NCBI GenBank assembly: GCA_965226795.1
Contig: CBDDDZ010000005.1
Location: 1,920,001 to 1,984,000, forward strand
Reading direction: 5' to 3'
DNA length: 64,000 nucleotides
From: Candidatus Latescibacterota bacterium
Lineage (GTDB): Bacteria > Latescibacterota > UBA2968 > GCA-2709665
How positions within the stretch are numbered: position 1 is the first letter of the stretch; the number at the start of each line of letters is the position of its first letter. This document shows, piece after piece, positions 28,663-39,219 of this stretch. The notes beneath the pieces were generated by a model. That model ran no database searches, was not told where the DNA came from, and worked only from the letters and a program-made list of their open reading frames with translations. Position numbers and translations under genes: made by a program.

Positions 28663-31284
28663 TTACCTTCCCAGTTGTGACCTGACGATCTGAGGAACTC
28701 GGGCAAGCGCGTCGGACATCTTCTCGGGATGCCTGCCCCCGGCCTGTGCCAGATGGGCTCGTCCGCCGCCGCCGCCGCCCACCAGTTCAGCCACTGCCTT
28801 GACGATATATCCCGCCTGCACGCCGCGCTGGATGAGGTCGTCCGTAACCACCGCGATCAGGGAGGCTTTGCCGTTCAGGGCCGCGCCCAGCACGCCCACG
28901 CCAGAGCCCAGGGTTTCCCGGAGCCGGTCGCCCATCTCCCGAAACGCCTCCATGTCCGCCGGCTGGACGGCCGTAGCCACCACGCGAACCCCCTCCACGT
29001 CCACGGCGGCGTCTGCCAGGTCGCGCATCCGCTCCCCGGCCGATGCGCTGCGCAGCGTTTGAATCGTCCGCTCGAGTTCCTTGCTTCGAGCGATCAATCG
29101 ATCCACGCGATCCGGTAACGCGTCGGCCTCCACGCTCAACATACCCTCCAGCGCGGCAAGGGTGTACCGCTGCCTTTCGATGAGAGCCTCCACGCCTGCC
29201 GCGGTGACCGCTTCCACCCGCCGCACGCCGGCCGCCGTGCCCGTCTCCGCCTTTAACTGCAGCATGCCGATTTGACCCGTCGATCCCACGTGGGTACCGC
29301 CACAGAGTTCCAGGCTGAAATCGCCGACCCGAACCGTCCGTACGATATCGCCGTATTTTTCGGAAAACAACATCCGCGCGCCTGTTCGACGCGCCTCTTC
29401 GAGGCCTACCGTATCGGTTTCAACGCCGAGATCCCGGCGGATCACCCGATTCACGATATGCGCTATCTTCTCCTGCTGGGCGGGCGAAACCGCTTCGAAG
29501 TGGTTGAAGTCGAACCGCAGCCGGTCCGGCGCAACCAGCGACCCGGCCTGATTCACGTGGTCTCCAAGCACCCGGCGAAGTGCCTCGTGGAGCAGGTGGG
29601 TGGCCGTATGGTTGCGGGCGATATCCATCCGGCGTCCGGCATCGACTCTTGTCTCCACCAGCGCGTCTTCCAGGGCGTCGGCACATCCCCGCGCCAGGCG
29701 CCCCCGGTGCACAATGCCAACACCCGACCGGAACGTCTCCTCGACCCGCACCTCCAGATCCCCGTTCCGAATCAGGCCCTGATCGCCCACCTGCCCGCCG
29801 GCTTCGGCGTAGAACGGCGTCTCTTTCAGATAGACGTCCACCCGTCCGTCCGCCGTGGATTTCCATGCCACGACACGCGTGTCGAGCGCCAGACGCTCGT
29901 ACCCGACAAACGCGGAATGTTCCCGCGGAAGGAAATCGTCGGACACCGCCTCCTGAGACGCGAAGACCCGCCGCCCCGCCTCCCGCGAGCGTGCCTGCTG
30001 GGCGGCCATCTCCTTTTTGAACCCGTCCAGGTCCACCTCCAGCCCGCGCTCGGCGCCTATGAGTTGCGTGAGGTCGATTGGAAAACCGTAGGTGTCATAT
30101 AAACGAAACGCATCCCGGCCGGAGATTTTCCCCTCCCGTGAAACGACCTCGAACATTTCCAGCCCCCGGTCGAGCGTCTTCCCGAACCCTTCTTCCTCGG
30201 TACGGATAACCCTGGAAATGTGATCGGCCTGTTCCGCTACCTCGGGAAACACGCCCCCCATGACCCGTGCGACGACAGGCACCAGCCCGTGAATGAACGG
30301 ATCGTGCATCTCCAACGTGCGCCCGTACCGCGCCGCACGCCTCAGGATGCGCCGCAGCACGTAGCCGCGCCCTTCGTTGGAAGGCAGCACTCCGTCCGCT
30401 ATTGCAAAACAGAGTGTGCGGATATGATCGGCGATGACCCGCATGGCCACCCGATGTTCATCGTTGCAGGGTTTCCCGGTGACCTCGCCGATCGCGGCAA
30501 GAATGGGCAGGAACAGATCGGTATCGTAAGTGGATTCCACCCCCTGGAGCACGGTACAGATGCGCTCGAACCCCAATCCGGTATCCACGTGTTTATCGGG
30601 CAACGGATGAAGGGCGCCTTCGGCATCCCGGTTGAACTGGATGAATACCAGATTCCAGATTTCAACCGTATCCGGCCCGGCGAGGTCCGGGCTTTCCCGG
30701 AACCACGACGCAGGATCGTCTCCCAGATAGTAGTGCACCTCCGAACACGGACCGCACGGCCCGGTCTCGCCCATCTGCCAGAAGTTGTCAGCCTTCCCCA
30801 GCCGAAGCACGCGTTCCGCCGGGAGGTCGGTCACCTCCGTCCACAGCGCTTCCGCCTCCTCGTCCGCGGCAAGCCCGTCGGCGGGATCTCCGCCAAATAC
30901 CGTGGCGCAGAGTCGATCCTTGGGAAGCTGCCACACCTCGGTCAGCAACTCCCAGGCCCAGGCGATGGCCTCCCGCTTGAAATAGTCTCCGAACGACCAG
31001 TTGCCCAGCATCTCGAAAAATGTATGATGCTGCGAACTGAAGCCCACCTCCTCCAGGTCGTTGTGATGCCCGGATACACGGATGCATTTCTGCGTATCCA
31101 CTGCCCGGCGGTAGTCCCGCCGGCCGGTACCCAGAAACACGTCCTTGAACTGATTCATCCCCGCATTTGTAAACAGGAGGGTGGCATCGCCTTGCGGCGC
31201 CACCGGCGCGCTCGGGACGATCGTATGACCCTTCCCCTCGAAAAACCGCAGATAGTCCGCCCGTATGTCGGTCGATGTTTTCAT
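28663..31284 (-). CDS. alaS: Alanine--tRNA ligase
   Basis: LLFTNAGMNQFK, HHTFFEMLGNWSFGDYFK, HTATHLLH, ELCGGTH and GGGGG. Confidence 0.98.
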   Translation of the reverse strand: MKTSTDIRADYLRFFEGKGHTIVPSAPVAPQGDATLLFTNAGMNQFKDVFLGTGRRDYRRAVDTQKCIRVSGHHNDLEEVGFSSQHHTFFEMLGNWSFGDYFKREAIAWAWELLTEVWQLPKDRLCATVFGGDPADGLAADEEAEALWTEVTDLPAERVLRLGKADNFWQMGETGPCGPCSEVHYYLGDDPASWFRESPDLAGPDTVEIWNLVFIQFNRDAEGALHPLPDKHVDTGLGFERICTVLQGVESTYDTDLFLPILAAIGEVTGKPCNDEHRVAMRVIADHIRTLCFAIADGVLPSNEGRGYVLRRILRRAARYGRTLEMHDPFIHGLVPVVARVMGGVFPEVAEQADHISRVIRTEEEGFGKTLDRGLEMFEVVSREGKISGRDAFRLYDTYGFPIDLTQLIGAERGLEVDLDGFKKEMAAQQARSREAGRRVFASQEAVSDDFLPREHSAFVGYERLALDTRVVAWKSTADGRVDVYLKETPFYAEAGGQVGDQGLIRNGDLEVRVEETFRSGVGIVHRGRLARGCADALEDALVETRVDAGRRMDIARNHTATHLLHEALRRVLGDHVNQAGSLVAPDRLRFDFNHFEAVSPAQQEKIAHIVNRVIRRDLGVETDTVGLEEARRTGARMLFSEKYGDIVRTVRVGDFSLELCGGTHVGSTGQIGMLQLKAETGTAAGVRRVEAVTAAGVEALIERQRYTLAALEGMLSVEADALPDRVDRLIARSKELERTIQTLRSASAGERMRDLADAAVDVEGVRVVATAVQPADMEAFREMGDRLRETLGSGVGVLGAALNGKASLIAVVTDDLIQRGVQAGYIVKAVAELVGGGGGGRAHLAQAGGRHPEKMSDALARVPQIVRSQLGR

Positions 31285-31443
31285 GGTTCGAATTGGCAAT
31301 GATAAAGGTGTACGCCAATCACGGCACCCGATTCCGGACCGGGGACCGCATGCTTGCCTGTCGGATGCGGACAAAACCGGCCAATGATCCCGCCCTGAAG
31401 GTACGGGCGCCTTCGCGCAGGCGTTTCCAGGCGCGATTCCGGC

Positions 31444-31989
31444 TTACGCATCCGGCGCGCCATCGGGCCCGCTTTCGCCGAACTCCAGCCACGCCCGCTC
31501 CGCCGCGGCACGCGCCACGGCCCCGAGTCCGCGACGCCCCAGGAACCCGCACATCCGGGAAAGCGCCTTCCGCCGTTCAACGCCGTCGTAGCGCCGGCGG
31601 CGCGACCTCAGAAGATCCAGGGCGACCGCTTCGGGATCCACGCCCGCAAACACCTCATCCAGAACGTCCTCCGCGGTTCCCGGGTCGATTCCGCGTTTCT
31701 TCAGGTCGTGCCGGAGCAACGCCCGGCCGGCGGGTCGAAGACGCATGCGTTCCTGCACGAAGCGGAGGGCAAAATCCCGATCGTCAACCAGCTTCATCCG
31801 ACGCAACACATCGAGGGTCTGCTCGATCACGGACTCCTGAAACCCCCGCCGGCGCAGTTTTTCTTTCATTTCCGCGCACGAATACGCACGAGCGCTCAAG
31901 AGTCGAAACGCCGCGTTCTTCGCCTTCTCGAGGGTATCCTGGCGATCCGATGCCGGCACCGGACGGGAATTCGGTTTCATCGGCGGCAC
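31444..31989 (-). CDS. recX: Regulatory protein RecX
   Basis: AFRLLSAR.YS..E, VDDRDFA and FLGRRG; directly downstream of recA. Confidence 0.88.
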   Translation of the reverse strand: MPPMKPNSRPVPASDRQDTLEKAKNAAFRLLSARAYSCAEMKEKLRRRGFQESVIEQTLDVLRRMKLVDDRDFALRFVQERMRLRPAGRALLRHDLKKRGIDPGTAEDVLDEVFAGVDPEAVALDLLRSRRRRYDGVERRKALSRMCGFLGRRGLGAVARAAAERAWLEFGESGPDGAPDA

Positions 31990-32064
31990 CTCGACAATTT
32001 GTAACCGCGATGGCTGGGCCTCCCGGCTTGCCCGTAGAGTCCCCCGGCGCCCGCCACACCCCTT

Positions 32065-33132
32065 CTACCCGCGTGCATTGCCCCGTGCGTCTTCGCCGTT
32101 GTCGCCCGCCTGCGCCGTACCGTTGTCCAGCAGGCCCACGGCCTCCCGCACCCGGGTCTCGATCTGCGCGGCAAGCTCCGGATGTTCCTTCAAATGGTTT
32201 TTCACGTTCTCCCGCCCCTGCCCCAGGCGATCATTGCCGTAGGAAAACCAGGTGCCGCTCTTGCTGACGATCCCATGAAGTTCGGCGATATCCAGAAGAC
32301 TGCCCTCTCTGGAGATGCCCTCGCCGAACATCAGATCGAATTCCGCCTCCTTGAAGGGCGCGGCCATCTTGTTCTTGACCACCCGGACGCGGACCCGGTT
32401 GCCCGTGACTTCCTGGCCGTCCTTTATGGCGCCGATCCGACGGATATCCATGCGCACGGACGCGTAGAACTTGAGCGCGTTTCCGCCCGAGGTGGTTTCC
32501 GGATTGCCGAACATGACGCCGATCTTCATCCGGATCTGGTTGGTAAACATCACGCATGTCTTGGACTTGCTGATCGACCCCGAGAGTTTTCGTAGCGCCT
32601 GAGACATCAGGCGCGCCTGCAAACCCACGTGGGAATCGCCCATGTCCCCCTCCAGTTCCGCACGGGGCACAAGCGCCGCGACCGAGTCCACCACCACGGC
32701 GTCGAAAGCGCTGCTGCGCACAAGCGTGTCGGTGATTTCAAGGGCTTCTTCCCCGGTATCGGGCTGGGAAATGAGCAGATTCTGCAGGTTGACCCCGATC
32801 CGTTCGGCGAGCTCTACATTGAGCGCATGCTCCGCATCGACAAATGCGCACGTACCTCCCATCCGCTGCGCCTCCGCGATGACGTGCAGGGTCAGTGTGG
32901 TTTTGCCGGACCCTTCGGGACCGTAAATTTCTGTGACGCGGCCGCGCGGCACCCCGCCCGCGCCAAGTGCGACGTCAAGCGCGATCGCGCCCGTTGGAAT
33001 CACCTCGACGGCCACCTTCCCTCCCTCTTCGCCACTGAGCCGCATGATGGAACCCTGGCCGAACTGCTTTTCGATTTGTGAGATGGCCAGATCGATGGCC
33101 TTCTCTTTGCTGACGACGTTGCGTTTCGACAT
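32065..33132 (-). CDS. recA: Recombinase A
   Basis: [25 protein letters not shown] and [10 protein letters not shown]. Confidence 0.99.
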   Translation of the reverse strand: MSKRNVVSKEKAIDLAISQIEKQFGQGSIMRLSGEEGGKVAVEVIPTGAIALDVALGAGGVPRGRVTEIYGPEGSGKTTLTLHVIAEAQRMGGTCAFVDAEHALNVELAERIGVNLQNLLISQPDTGEEALEITDTLVRSSAFDAVVVDSVAALVPRAELEGDMGDSHVGLQARLMSQALRKLSGSISKSKTCVMFTNQIRMKIGVMFGNPETTSGGNALKFYASVRMDIRRIGAIKDGQEVTGNRVRVRVVKNKMAAPFKEAEFDLMFGEGISREGSLLDIAELHGIVSKSGTWFSYGNDRLGQGRENVKNHLKEHPELAAQIETRVREAVGLLDNGTAQAGDNGEDARGNARG

Positions 33133-33241
33133 CGCTTGCCCCTCCTGAGACGAATTCGACTGGACTTGTCTATTGGATCACGTCGCAGCCCACGGCCTGT
33201 GAGGAGCCCGATTTTCTGCGCCGCACGATGTGTCATCGCTA

Positions 33242-33270
33242 AATATAGTGAACATTTGTATATTAGTCAA
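33242..33270 (-). promoter_or_regulatory. recA sigma70 promoter with a candidate LexA box in its spacer
   Basis: TTGACT-N17-TATATT on the minus strand; GAAC-ATTT-GTAT (33250-33261) lies between -35 and -10. Confidence 0.65.
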
Positions 33271-33356
33271 TGCCGTATTTTTAATAAAATTCCCGTTGAG
33301 AAACCGTGCAACGGAACTGGATCGAAAATATAATATATCCGCACGCCAGCCAGAAG

Positions 33357-33983
33357 TCAAGCGCTCCCCGGTTCGGGAAAGCGTTTCCGGCGACGCCCCG
33401 CCGGCAGGGCCGAGAAACCCGGCTCCAGCGACCCGGAAAGAGACGCGTTATCCAGCGCGTTGTACACGGCGCCACCGGGCCTCAAGTCGCTGTTGTACAA
33501 AGTTATACGGTCCACCCTGAAGTGCGCCGCGTCGACTGCGCCGGTCAATCCGGAGGGCAACCGAACCGTCCTTCTTCTTGCTCGCGCAAGCGTCACGTGC
33601 GGATGAAACCCTCGTTCCTCTCTCTCGAACCCGATCCCGAACATCGTGTCCTCCAGGTCCGCCCGAAGCCTGCCCAGAATCCCCGTCTCTCCGCCCACGC
33701 CCATCCAGATCACCCTCGCGCGATCCGGATTCGGCGCGCCCACGTCCGTGGTGCGCAACGCCATCGGCGGCGTCCGCCCGGCCACCGCACGCACGACATC
33801 CATTATGAGCGGTACAGCCGCGGATTCCACGTTACCCAGGAACTTGAGTGTGAGATGCACGCCCTCGGGCCGCACCCAATTGACACGCCCTTCGAGATCC
33901 GCCAGACATCTCCTGGCGCCCTCAAATGCGGGGATCACTGCCCGGGGGAGTTCAACGGCCACAAATGCGCGCAGGGTCGCCAT
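33357..33983 (-). CDS. thpR: RNA 2',3'-cyclic phosphodiesterase
   Basis: Two HxT motifs (HLTLKFLG, HPHVTLAR); upstream of recA. Confidence 0.9.
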   Translation of the reverse strand: MATLRAFVAVELPRAVIPAFEGARRCLADLEGRVNWVRPEGVHLTLKFLGNVESAAVPLIMDVVRAVAGRTPPMALRTTDVGAPNPDRARVIWMGVGGETGILGRLRADLEDTMFGIGFEREERGFHPHVTLARARRRTVRLPSGLTGAVDAAHFRVDRITLYNSDLRPGGAVYNALDNASLSGSLEPGFSALPAGRRRKRFPEPGSA

Positions 33984-34445
33984 CTACCCGCTCCACAGGG
34001 TCAGCGCAGCCCGAAGCAGAAGATTTCCGTATACCCCCGCGATCACGTCGTCCATCACCACGCCCCACCCGCCGGGCCACTTCTCGGACGCCCGGGCCGG
34101 CTGCGGCTTTATAATATCCAGCACACGAAAAATAAAAAATCCGGCAACTCCCACGACCGGTGAAAGCGGCAGGAAAGCTACCGTGATATAGAACCCCACA
34201 AACTCGTCGATGACAACCGGTCCCGGATCCGGACCCCAGGCCCTTTCTCCCGCGGAGGCGGCATAAACCGCCGCCGAAAAAATCAGGATCAGAAACAGAC
34301 ACCACGCCAGGGCCCCGAACCCCGGCGCCAGATAAAAGGCCGCCAGGTACGGAACCAACGCAGCGGCCGTGCCCGCCGTGCCCGGCGCGACCGGGACGTA
34401 CCCGGAGAAAAATCCGGTGGCGAGCAGCCGGGTCCACGGATTCAA
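33984..34445 (-). CDS. pgpA: Phosphatidylglycerophosphatase A
   Basis: APGTAG, DPG.VVIDE, FR.LDI.KP and GVVMDD. Confidence 0.93.
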   Translation of the reverse strand: MNPWTRLLATGFFSGYVPVAPGTAGTAAALVPYLAAFYLAPGFGALAWCLFLILIFSAAVYAASAGERAWGPDPGPVVIDEFVGFYITVAFLPLSPVVGVAGFFIFRVLDIIKPQPARASEKWPGGWGVVMDDVIAGVYGNLLLRAALTLWSG

Positions 34446-34468
34446 GTCAGCGGCCTCCGATCCCCCGT

Positions 34469-35119
34469 TCAGGCCTGGTCGCGGCTATGTTCAACCAGGT
34501 ACAGGACTCCCGAGACGACCGCCAGCAGGGTAACCGCCGCCACCAGGACGTTCAACACCATCTGTGAACCGGTATCCACCAGCACCAGGGGCTGAGAGGT
34601 CAGCTCAGCGGTAATCACACGCACATTGATGAAGACCAGGATGCCGAAAGCCAGCACCAGTTGCAGCATGGTCTTCCATTTCGCCAGCCGGGACGTGACC
34701 ACCGGCCGTCCCTTGCGGATCGCGTACACACGGAGGCAGGTTATCACGGCATCCCGGATCAACATGGCGCCTACCAGCCACGCTTCAACCATCCCCAGGA
34801 GCACGAAGGAAATGAGGGCGGAAGAGACCAGCAGCTTGTCTGCCAGCGGATCCATGAACCGTCCGAGGCTGCTGACCGTTTTGTCACGTCGTGCGAACCA
34901 GCCGTCGAAGAAATCGGTCAGCGAGGCCACGGTGAACACCAGCAGCGCCAGGGTCTTGTTGAATCCGCTTTCCGAAAAAATCAGCACAAGAAACACGGGT
35001 GTGAGAACAATCCGCAGACCTGTGAGTATATTCGGAAATGTGACCATACGGTCGGCGGGCTGCGGCTTGGGCAGCCGGATCCCCTGCGAGCTGCCGCGGA
35101 GTGTGTCGGTACGGTTCAT
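34469..35119 (-). CDS. pgsA: CDP-diacylglycerol--glycerol-3-phosphate 3-phosphatidyltransferase
   Basis: PNILT..R and TDFFDGWFAR...GRFMDPLADK. Confidence 0.92.
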   Translation of the reverse strand: MNRTDTLRGSSQGIRLPKPQPADRMVTFPNILTGLRIVLTPVFLVLIFSESGFNKTLALLVFTVASLTDFFDGWFARRDKTVSSLGRFMDPLADKLLVSSALISFVLLGMVEAWLVGAMLIRDAVITCLRVYAIRKGRPVVTSRLAKWKTMLQLVLAFGILVFINVRVITAELTSQPLVLVDTGSQMVLNVLVAAVTLLAVVSGVLYLVEHSRDQA

Positions 35120-35709
35120 AGTTCTCTGCGTCCATCCAGCGCCCGGGCCAGCGTGACCTGATCCGCAAGGGCAAGGTCGCTGCCCATGGGCAGACCCCTG
35201 GCGATTTGCGTTACGGTCACGTGGTGCGTTTCCAGGATCTGATTGAGGTACTGTGCGGTTGCGTCGCCCTCAACGGTGGGTCCGTTCGCCAGAATCACCT
35301 CGCGAATCCCGCCCTCGTTCAGTCGCGCAACCAGAGATTGAATGTTCAGCTCGTCCGGCCCGATTCCGTCCAGTGGGGAAATCCGTCCACCCAGGACGTG
35401 ATACAGGCCGCGATAGGCTTGCATCCGTTCCATTGCCAGCAGGTCGCCGACGTAGTCGACCACCATCACCTGAGACGGGTCCCGGCGCACATCCCTGCAA
35501 ATCGGGCAGGGATCGCCCTCCGACAGGTTGAAACATGTGCCGCAAGCCCGTACCCGGGTCTTCACCTCCACCATCAATTCGGCGAGCGCGCGCACGTCCT
35601 CGGTCTTCCAGGTCAGTACGTCCAGCGCGATTCGCCGCGCGGACTTTTCGCCGATACCCGGCAGCCGTCCCAACCCGGCCACCAGCCGATCGATGGCGTT
35701 GGAAGCCAT
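35116..35709 (-). CDS. recR: Recombination mediator RecR
   Basis: LPGIGEKSA, C4 zinc finger, YHVLGG.ISP and EGDATA. Confidence 0.95.
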   Translation of the reverse strand: MASNAIDRLVAGLGRLPGIGEKSARRIALDVLTWKTEDVRALAELMVEVKTRVRACGTCFNLSEGDPCPICRDVRRDPSQVMVVDYVGDLLAMERMQAYRGLYHVLGGRISPLDGIGPDELNIQSLVARLNEGGIREVILANGPTVEGDATAQYLNQILETHHVTVTQIARGLPMGSDLALADQVTLARALDGRREL

Positions 35710-35791
35710 TCGGACCCTCCTCTAAAGCGGACACCCGGATCCCGGTGCCGCGAGCCCCGGGTTTTCCGGCGCTTAATGCGATCGGCAGTAC

Positions 35792-36115
35792 CTATATGCC
35801 CAGGTTGACGCCCGGCGGCAACATACCGGCCGTGGCCCTCTGCATTTCGCGGTCGGCCATCTCCTGCGCCTTCTCCCGGGCCTGCCGTATGGCGGCCATG
35901 ATGAGATCTTCCAGCATCTCCACGTCATTGGGATCCACCACCTCCGGGTCGATCCTGATGCCCACAATCTGCTGCTGCCCGTTGGCACGCGCCATCACCA
36001 TGCCGCCGCCCGCCGATCCCTCCACCTCCTTCGACGCGAGTTCCTCCTGTACCTTCGCCAGTTTGGCCTGCAGCCTCTGGGCCTGCTTCATCATGCCCGA
36101 CATGCCCTTCGCCAT
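35792..36115 (-). CDS. ybaB: YbaB/EbfC nucleoid-associated protein
   Basis: MMKQAQ, GSAGGGMV and EMLEDLI.AA; lies between dnaX and recR. Confidence 0.93.
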   Translation of the reverse strand: MAKGMSGMMKQAQRLQAKLAKVQEELASKEVEGSAGGGMVMARANGQQQIVGIRIDPEVVDPNDVEMLEDLIMAAIRQAREKAQEMADREMQRATAGMLPPGVNLGI

Positions 36116-36135
36116 TGCATCCTCCCCGCGTGCAG

Positions 36136-37836
36136 CTATCTGCCTACAACCTCACCATCAAAAATATCGATTGCCATCTGGACGCGTTTGTCGGACGCCG
36201 CTCCTTCATCTTTCCGGGTCGCGCCGCCGCCTTCGTCCTGTTCGAACTCACATCGGATTCTCAGGGAAACGCCTAAGACATCGGCAGTCACCCCTTCCAG
36301 AAACTCCCGGTTGCGCCTGACCTGCTCCGCGTGAAACGCCTTGTCCGCCTTGAAGACCAGATCCAGCCGCAGGTCTTCCAGAGCCGCGGGCATGCCTTCC
36401 GCCAGAAACGTCCCCAGGCCCAGATTTCGCGTCCTCACCTCCTCAACGAGTTCCGGCCACTTCTGCCGAACGGCGTCGATCGTCAGGCCAACCCCCCTGG
36501 ACGGCTCAGGCTCTGCTGGAGGCGGCGCGGCGAGGACCTCGGGGGCGTCGACTTCAGGCGGCGACTTTTCGCTGGCGACAACGGACGAAGCCGACGGGCC
36601 CGCGGGGTGCGGACGAGCCGGCGCGACCGGTTCACGGCGTGCAGCGGCGGGGGGATCGGGCCGCTGTTTCTCTGAAGGCGCGGCCTTACCTGTACGCAAC
36701 ATGCCTTCCAGCCGGTCCAGCCGGGCCATCACCTCATGGACGGCCTGGGAAGGCGCCATCAACACCAGTTTCATCACGGTCAGTTCCAACCACAGCCGTG
36801 GATTCGAGACCCGGCCCAGCTGTGCTTCCAGATCGGTAACCGCCTGCAGCATGCGCAGGAGGTCCTCCTCCTGAAATCGCGCGGCCGTCTCACGGTATCG
36901 CGGCTGGTCGGCGGCGTACAGACCGTCGACGGAAAGGCCGTCGGACACGCACGTCACCAGCAGGCGCCGAACGTGCTCCAGCAACCCCTGGGTGAACTCG
37001 CCGGCATCCCCGCCTCCATCCAGCACACGCTCGACCGCGCGCAACGCCGCGGCCCCGTCTGAATCGAGTATGGCCTGCGTCAGTTCGAAATAGAGATCGG
37101 CCGGAATAACGCCCAGCAACTCCCGTACCGCCTCAGCGGAAATCGACCCATCCGAAAACGCGATGGCCTGGTCCAGCAGATTCTCAGCGTCGCGCAGCGC
37201 GCCGTCGGCCTTTCGGCCCAGCAGAAAAAGCGCCTCGTCTTCCGCCGCGATTTTCTCCGCATCCATGATCTTCCGGAGTTGGCCGACAATGGCATCGGTG
37301 GATATTCGCCGGAAGTTGTATCGCTGGCAGCGGGACAGAATCGTCTCCGGCATCCGGTGCGGCTCGGTGGTGGCCAGCACGAACACCACGTGGCGCGGCG
37401 GCTCCTCCAGGGTCTTCAGAAGCGCATTGAAGGCCTCCGCCGTGAGCATATGCACTTCATCTATGATATAGACCTTGCGCTTGCCCTTGGTTGCCGCAAA
37501 CCCGGCCTCTTCCCGCAACTGCCGGATCTCATCTATGCCCCGGTTCGACGCCCCGTCGATTTCCAGGACGTCCATGCTCCTGTTGTTGGCAATGGCCGCG
37601 CAATAGCCGCACGTGCCGCACGGCTCCGGCGTGGGCCCCTTTTCGCAGTTGAACGCCTTGGCCAGCACCCGGGCCATCGTCGTCTTCCCCGTTCCCCGGG
37701 GCCCGCAAAACAGATATGCCTGGACGACGCGTTCCGTACGAATGGCGTTCTGCAAGGTCTGAACGATGTGGTCCTGACCGACCACGTCCTGAAACACGTT
37801 GGGCCGCCACTTGCGGGCGAGCACACGATAGGACAT
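36136..37836 (-). CDS. dnaX: DNA polymerase III subunit gamma/tau
   Basis: LARKWRP, GPRGTGKTT, IIDEVHML, AFNALLKTLEEPP and SRC. Confidence 0.97.
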   Translation of the reverse strand: MSYRVLARKWRPNVFQDVVGQDHIVQTLQNAIRTERVVQAYLFCGPRGTGKTTMARVLAKAFNCEKGPTPEPCGTCGYCAAIANNRSMDVLEIDGASNRGIDEIRQLREEAGFAATKGKRKVYIIDEVHMLTAEAFNALLKTLEEPPRHVVFVLATTEPHRMPETILSRCQRYNFRRISTDAIVGQLRKIMDAEKIAAEDEALFLLGRKADGALRDAENLLDQAIAFSDGSISAEAVRELLGVIPADLYFELTQAILDSDGAAALRAVERVLDGGGDAGEFTQGLLEHVRRLLVTCVSDGLSVDGLYAADQPRYRETAARFQEEDLLRMLQAVTDLEAQLGRVSNPRLWLELTVMKLVLMAPSQAVHEVMARLDRLEGMLRTGKAAPSEKQRPDPPAAARREPVAPARPHPAGPSASSVVASEKSPPEVDAPEVLAAPPPAEPEPSRGVGLTIDAVRQKWPELVEEVRTRNLGLGTFLAEGMPAALEDLRLDLVFKADKAFHAEQVRRNREFLEGVTADVLGVSLRIRCEFEQDEGGGATRKDEGAASDKRVQMAIDIFDGEVVGR

Positions 37837-37909
37837 ACGGGACCAGCCTCTCACCCAACCATCCTGCACGCACGAACAGGGAAACGATATTGGGAAGGGA
37901 CGTTAATTA

Positions 37910-38182
37910 GGCCGTGCACCCCGCTTCGGCGTTCAGGCCGGGGTATTCGGAAAGCGCCAGCTCCCGCCAGGGGCCCCCGCGGCACACGGGCCGGGTTACC
38001 TACCGCTGCTACCTTCCGGTCCTGACGGGGTTTGGTAATCGTCCGTTGCGCAGGACCTGGCGATCAACACCGCTCACTTTCCGAATCGTGTCCCGAAATG
38101 AAGAGCCTCAGACGAGGAATTCAACCCCGCTATAGCGGATTGCGGGCAACAGGGCACCGCTACCTCCCCGTCTAGCACGACC
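37910..38182 (-). ncRNA. ffs: Signal recognition particle RNA, large (Alu-containing) type
   Basis: 5' GTGCTAGACGGGGAGGTAGCGGTGCCCTG Alu-like domain, TCAGGACCGGAAGGTAGCAGC helix 8, complementary termini; upstream of dnaX. Confidence 0.92.
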
Positions 38183-38237
38183 TGAAAAGTCAATCAGCAG
38201 CCGGCCTTCAGCTGTTGAGGGCCGATGGCTGTATTCC

Positions 38238-38313
38238 TGGTGGAGCTGATGGGGTTCGAACCCACGACTTCCAGAGTGCGATTCTGGCGCTCTCCCAGCT
38301 GAGCTACAGCCCC
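38238..38313 (-). tRNA. tRNA-Ala(CGC)
   Basis: 76 nt, GGGGCTG acceptor with G3:U70, anticodon arm CCAGA-ATCGCAC-TCTGG, encoded CCA. Confidence 0.95.
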
Positions 38314-38366
38314 ACAAATTGCATGACAACCGCGAGGCACCGGAGCAGGACAAGGGCGTCCGCTCT

Positions 38367-38744
38367 TCATGCACCGCTTTTTTCGATTAGGATCCGCGCT
38401 GCCCGAGACGCCGTTTTAAGCGCCTCCACGCCGGAAAGCACACGTCCGATGGGATTCACGGGACTGGCCGGCCGGATCTCGTCCCCCTCACTGGCGGGGG
38501 TTGGACCGTAAAAGATACAAAATGCCTTTCCGGGCGGCCAGTAGGCGAGATCGCCCGCCTCCACCGTTTCCTGCGGATCCTCCGGATCGGCCGTTAGGGG
38601 GATCTGAAAATAAATCTCGTCGCCCCAGGTGTTGAAGCCGCTGGAGACGGGCAACTCGGCCAGCACCCTGGACGCGGTTTCCGATTCGTTCAACTCCGCA
38701 TCCAGTTCGACCTCTCCCACGGTAATCCTGATGGAATGCGCCAT
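38367..38744 (-). CDS. Cyclophilin-like fold protein
   Basis: WGDEIYF and GDLAYWPPGKAFCIFYGPTP. Confidence 0.85.
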   Translation of the reverse strand: MAHSIRITVGEVELDAELNESETASRVLAELPVSSGFNTWGDEIYFQIPLTADPEDPQETVEAGDLAYWPPGKAFCIFYGPTPASEGDEIRPASPVNPIGRVLSGVEALKTASRAARILIEKSGA

Positions 38745-38835
38745 TGAAAGGTTCCGACGTGGTGACGCGAGCGTTCACCAAAAACAGAGCAGATCAGCCG
38801 CAGGGGGCTCGCCGGTGTGCGGCGCGACAGGTTTC

Positions 38836-38928
<93 letters not shown>

Positions 38929-39219
38929 ACAAAAGCGGCTCTAGATTCAGGCAGCGAGGCATCAACGCGTGTATCGTTGCCCCGGCGAAAAGATTGACAA
39001 TTCAGGAATGCCGCGGCGATTCGCCCTCGCCGACAACACCCTCCATTACACGTATTAAGATACAATATTCCACCGACATTCGCAACCTTTTCCCAACCAA
39101 TTCAGGACCCGTCAGCAGGCACTGCGCCGCGCGGATTCTGCTCGGGTATTGGAGTCCGAATTCGCCAAAATGTGAACGTTTTGGGATAGATAACCGAGCC
39201 TGCGGTGGGAAAGGTTCAA

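Noticed and set aside
33357..34445. No cinA between pgpA and thpR
   Set aside because: Ordinary gene-order variation; the two genes abut cleanly with no remnant.
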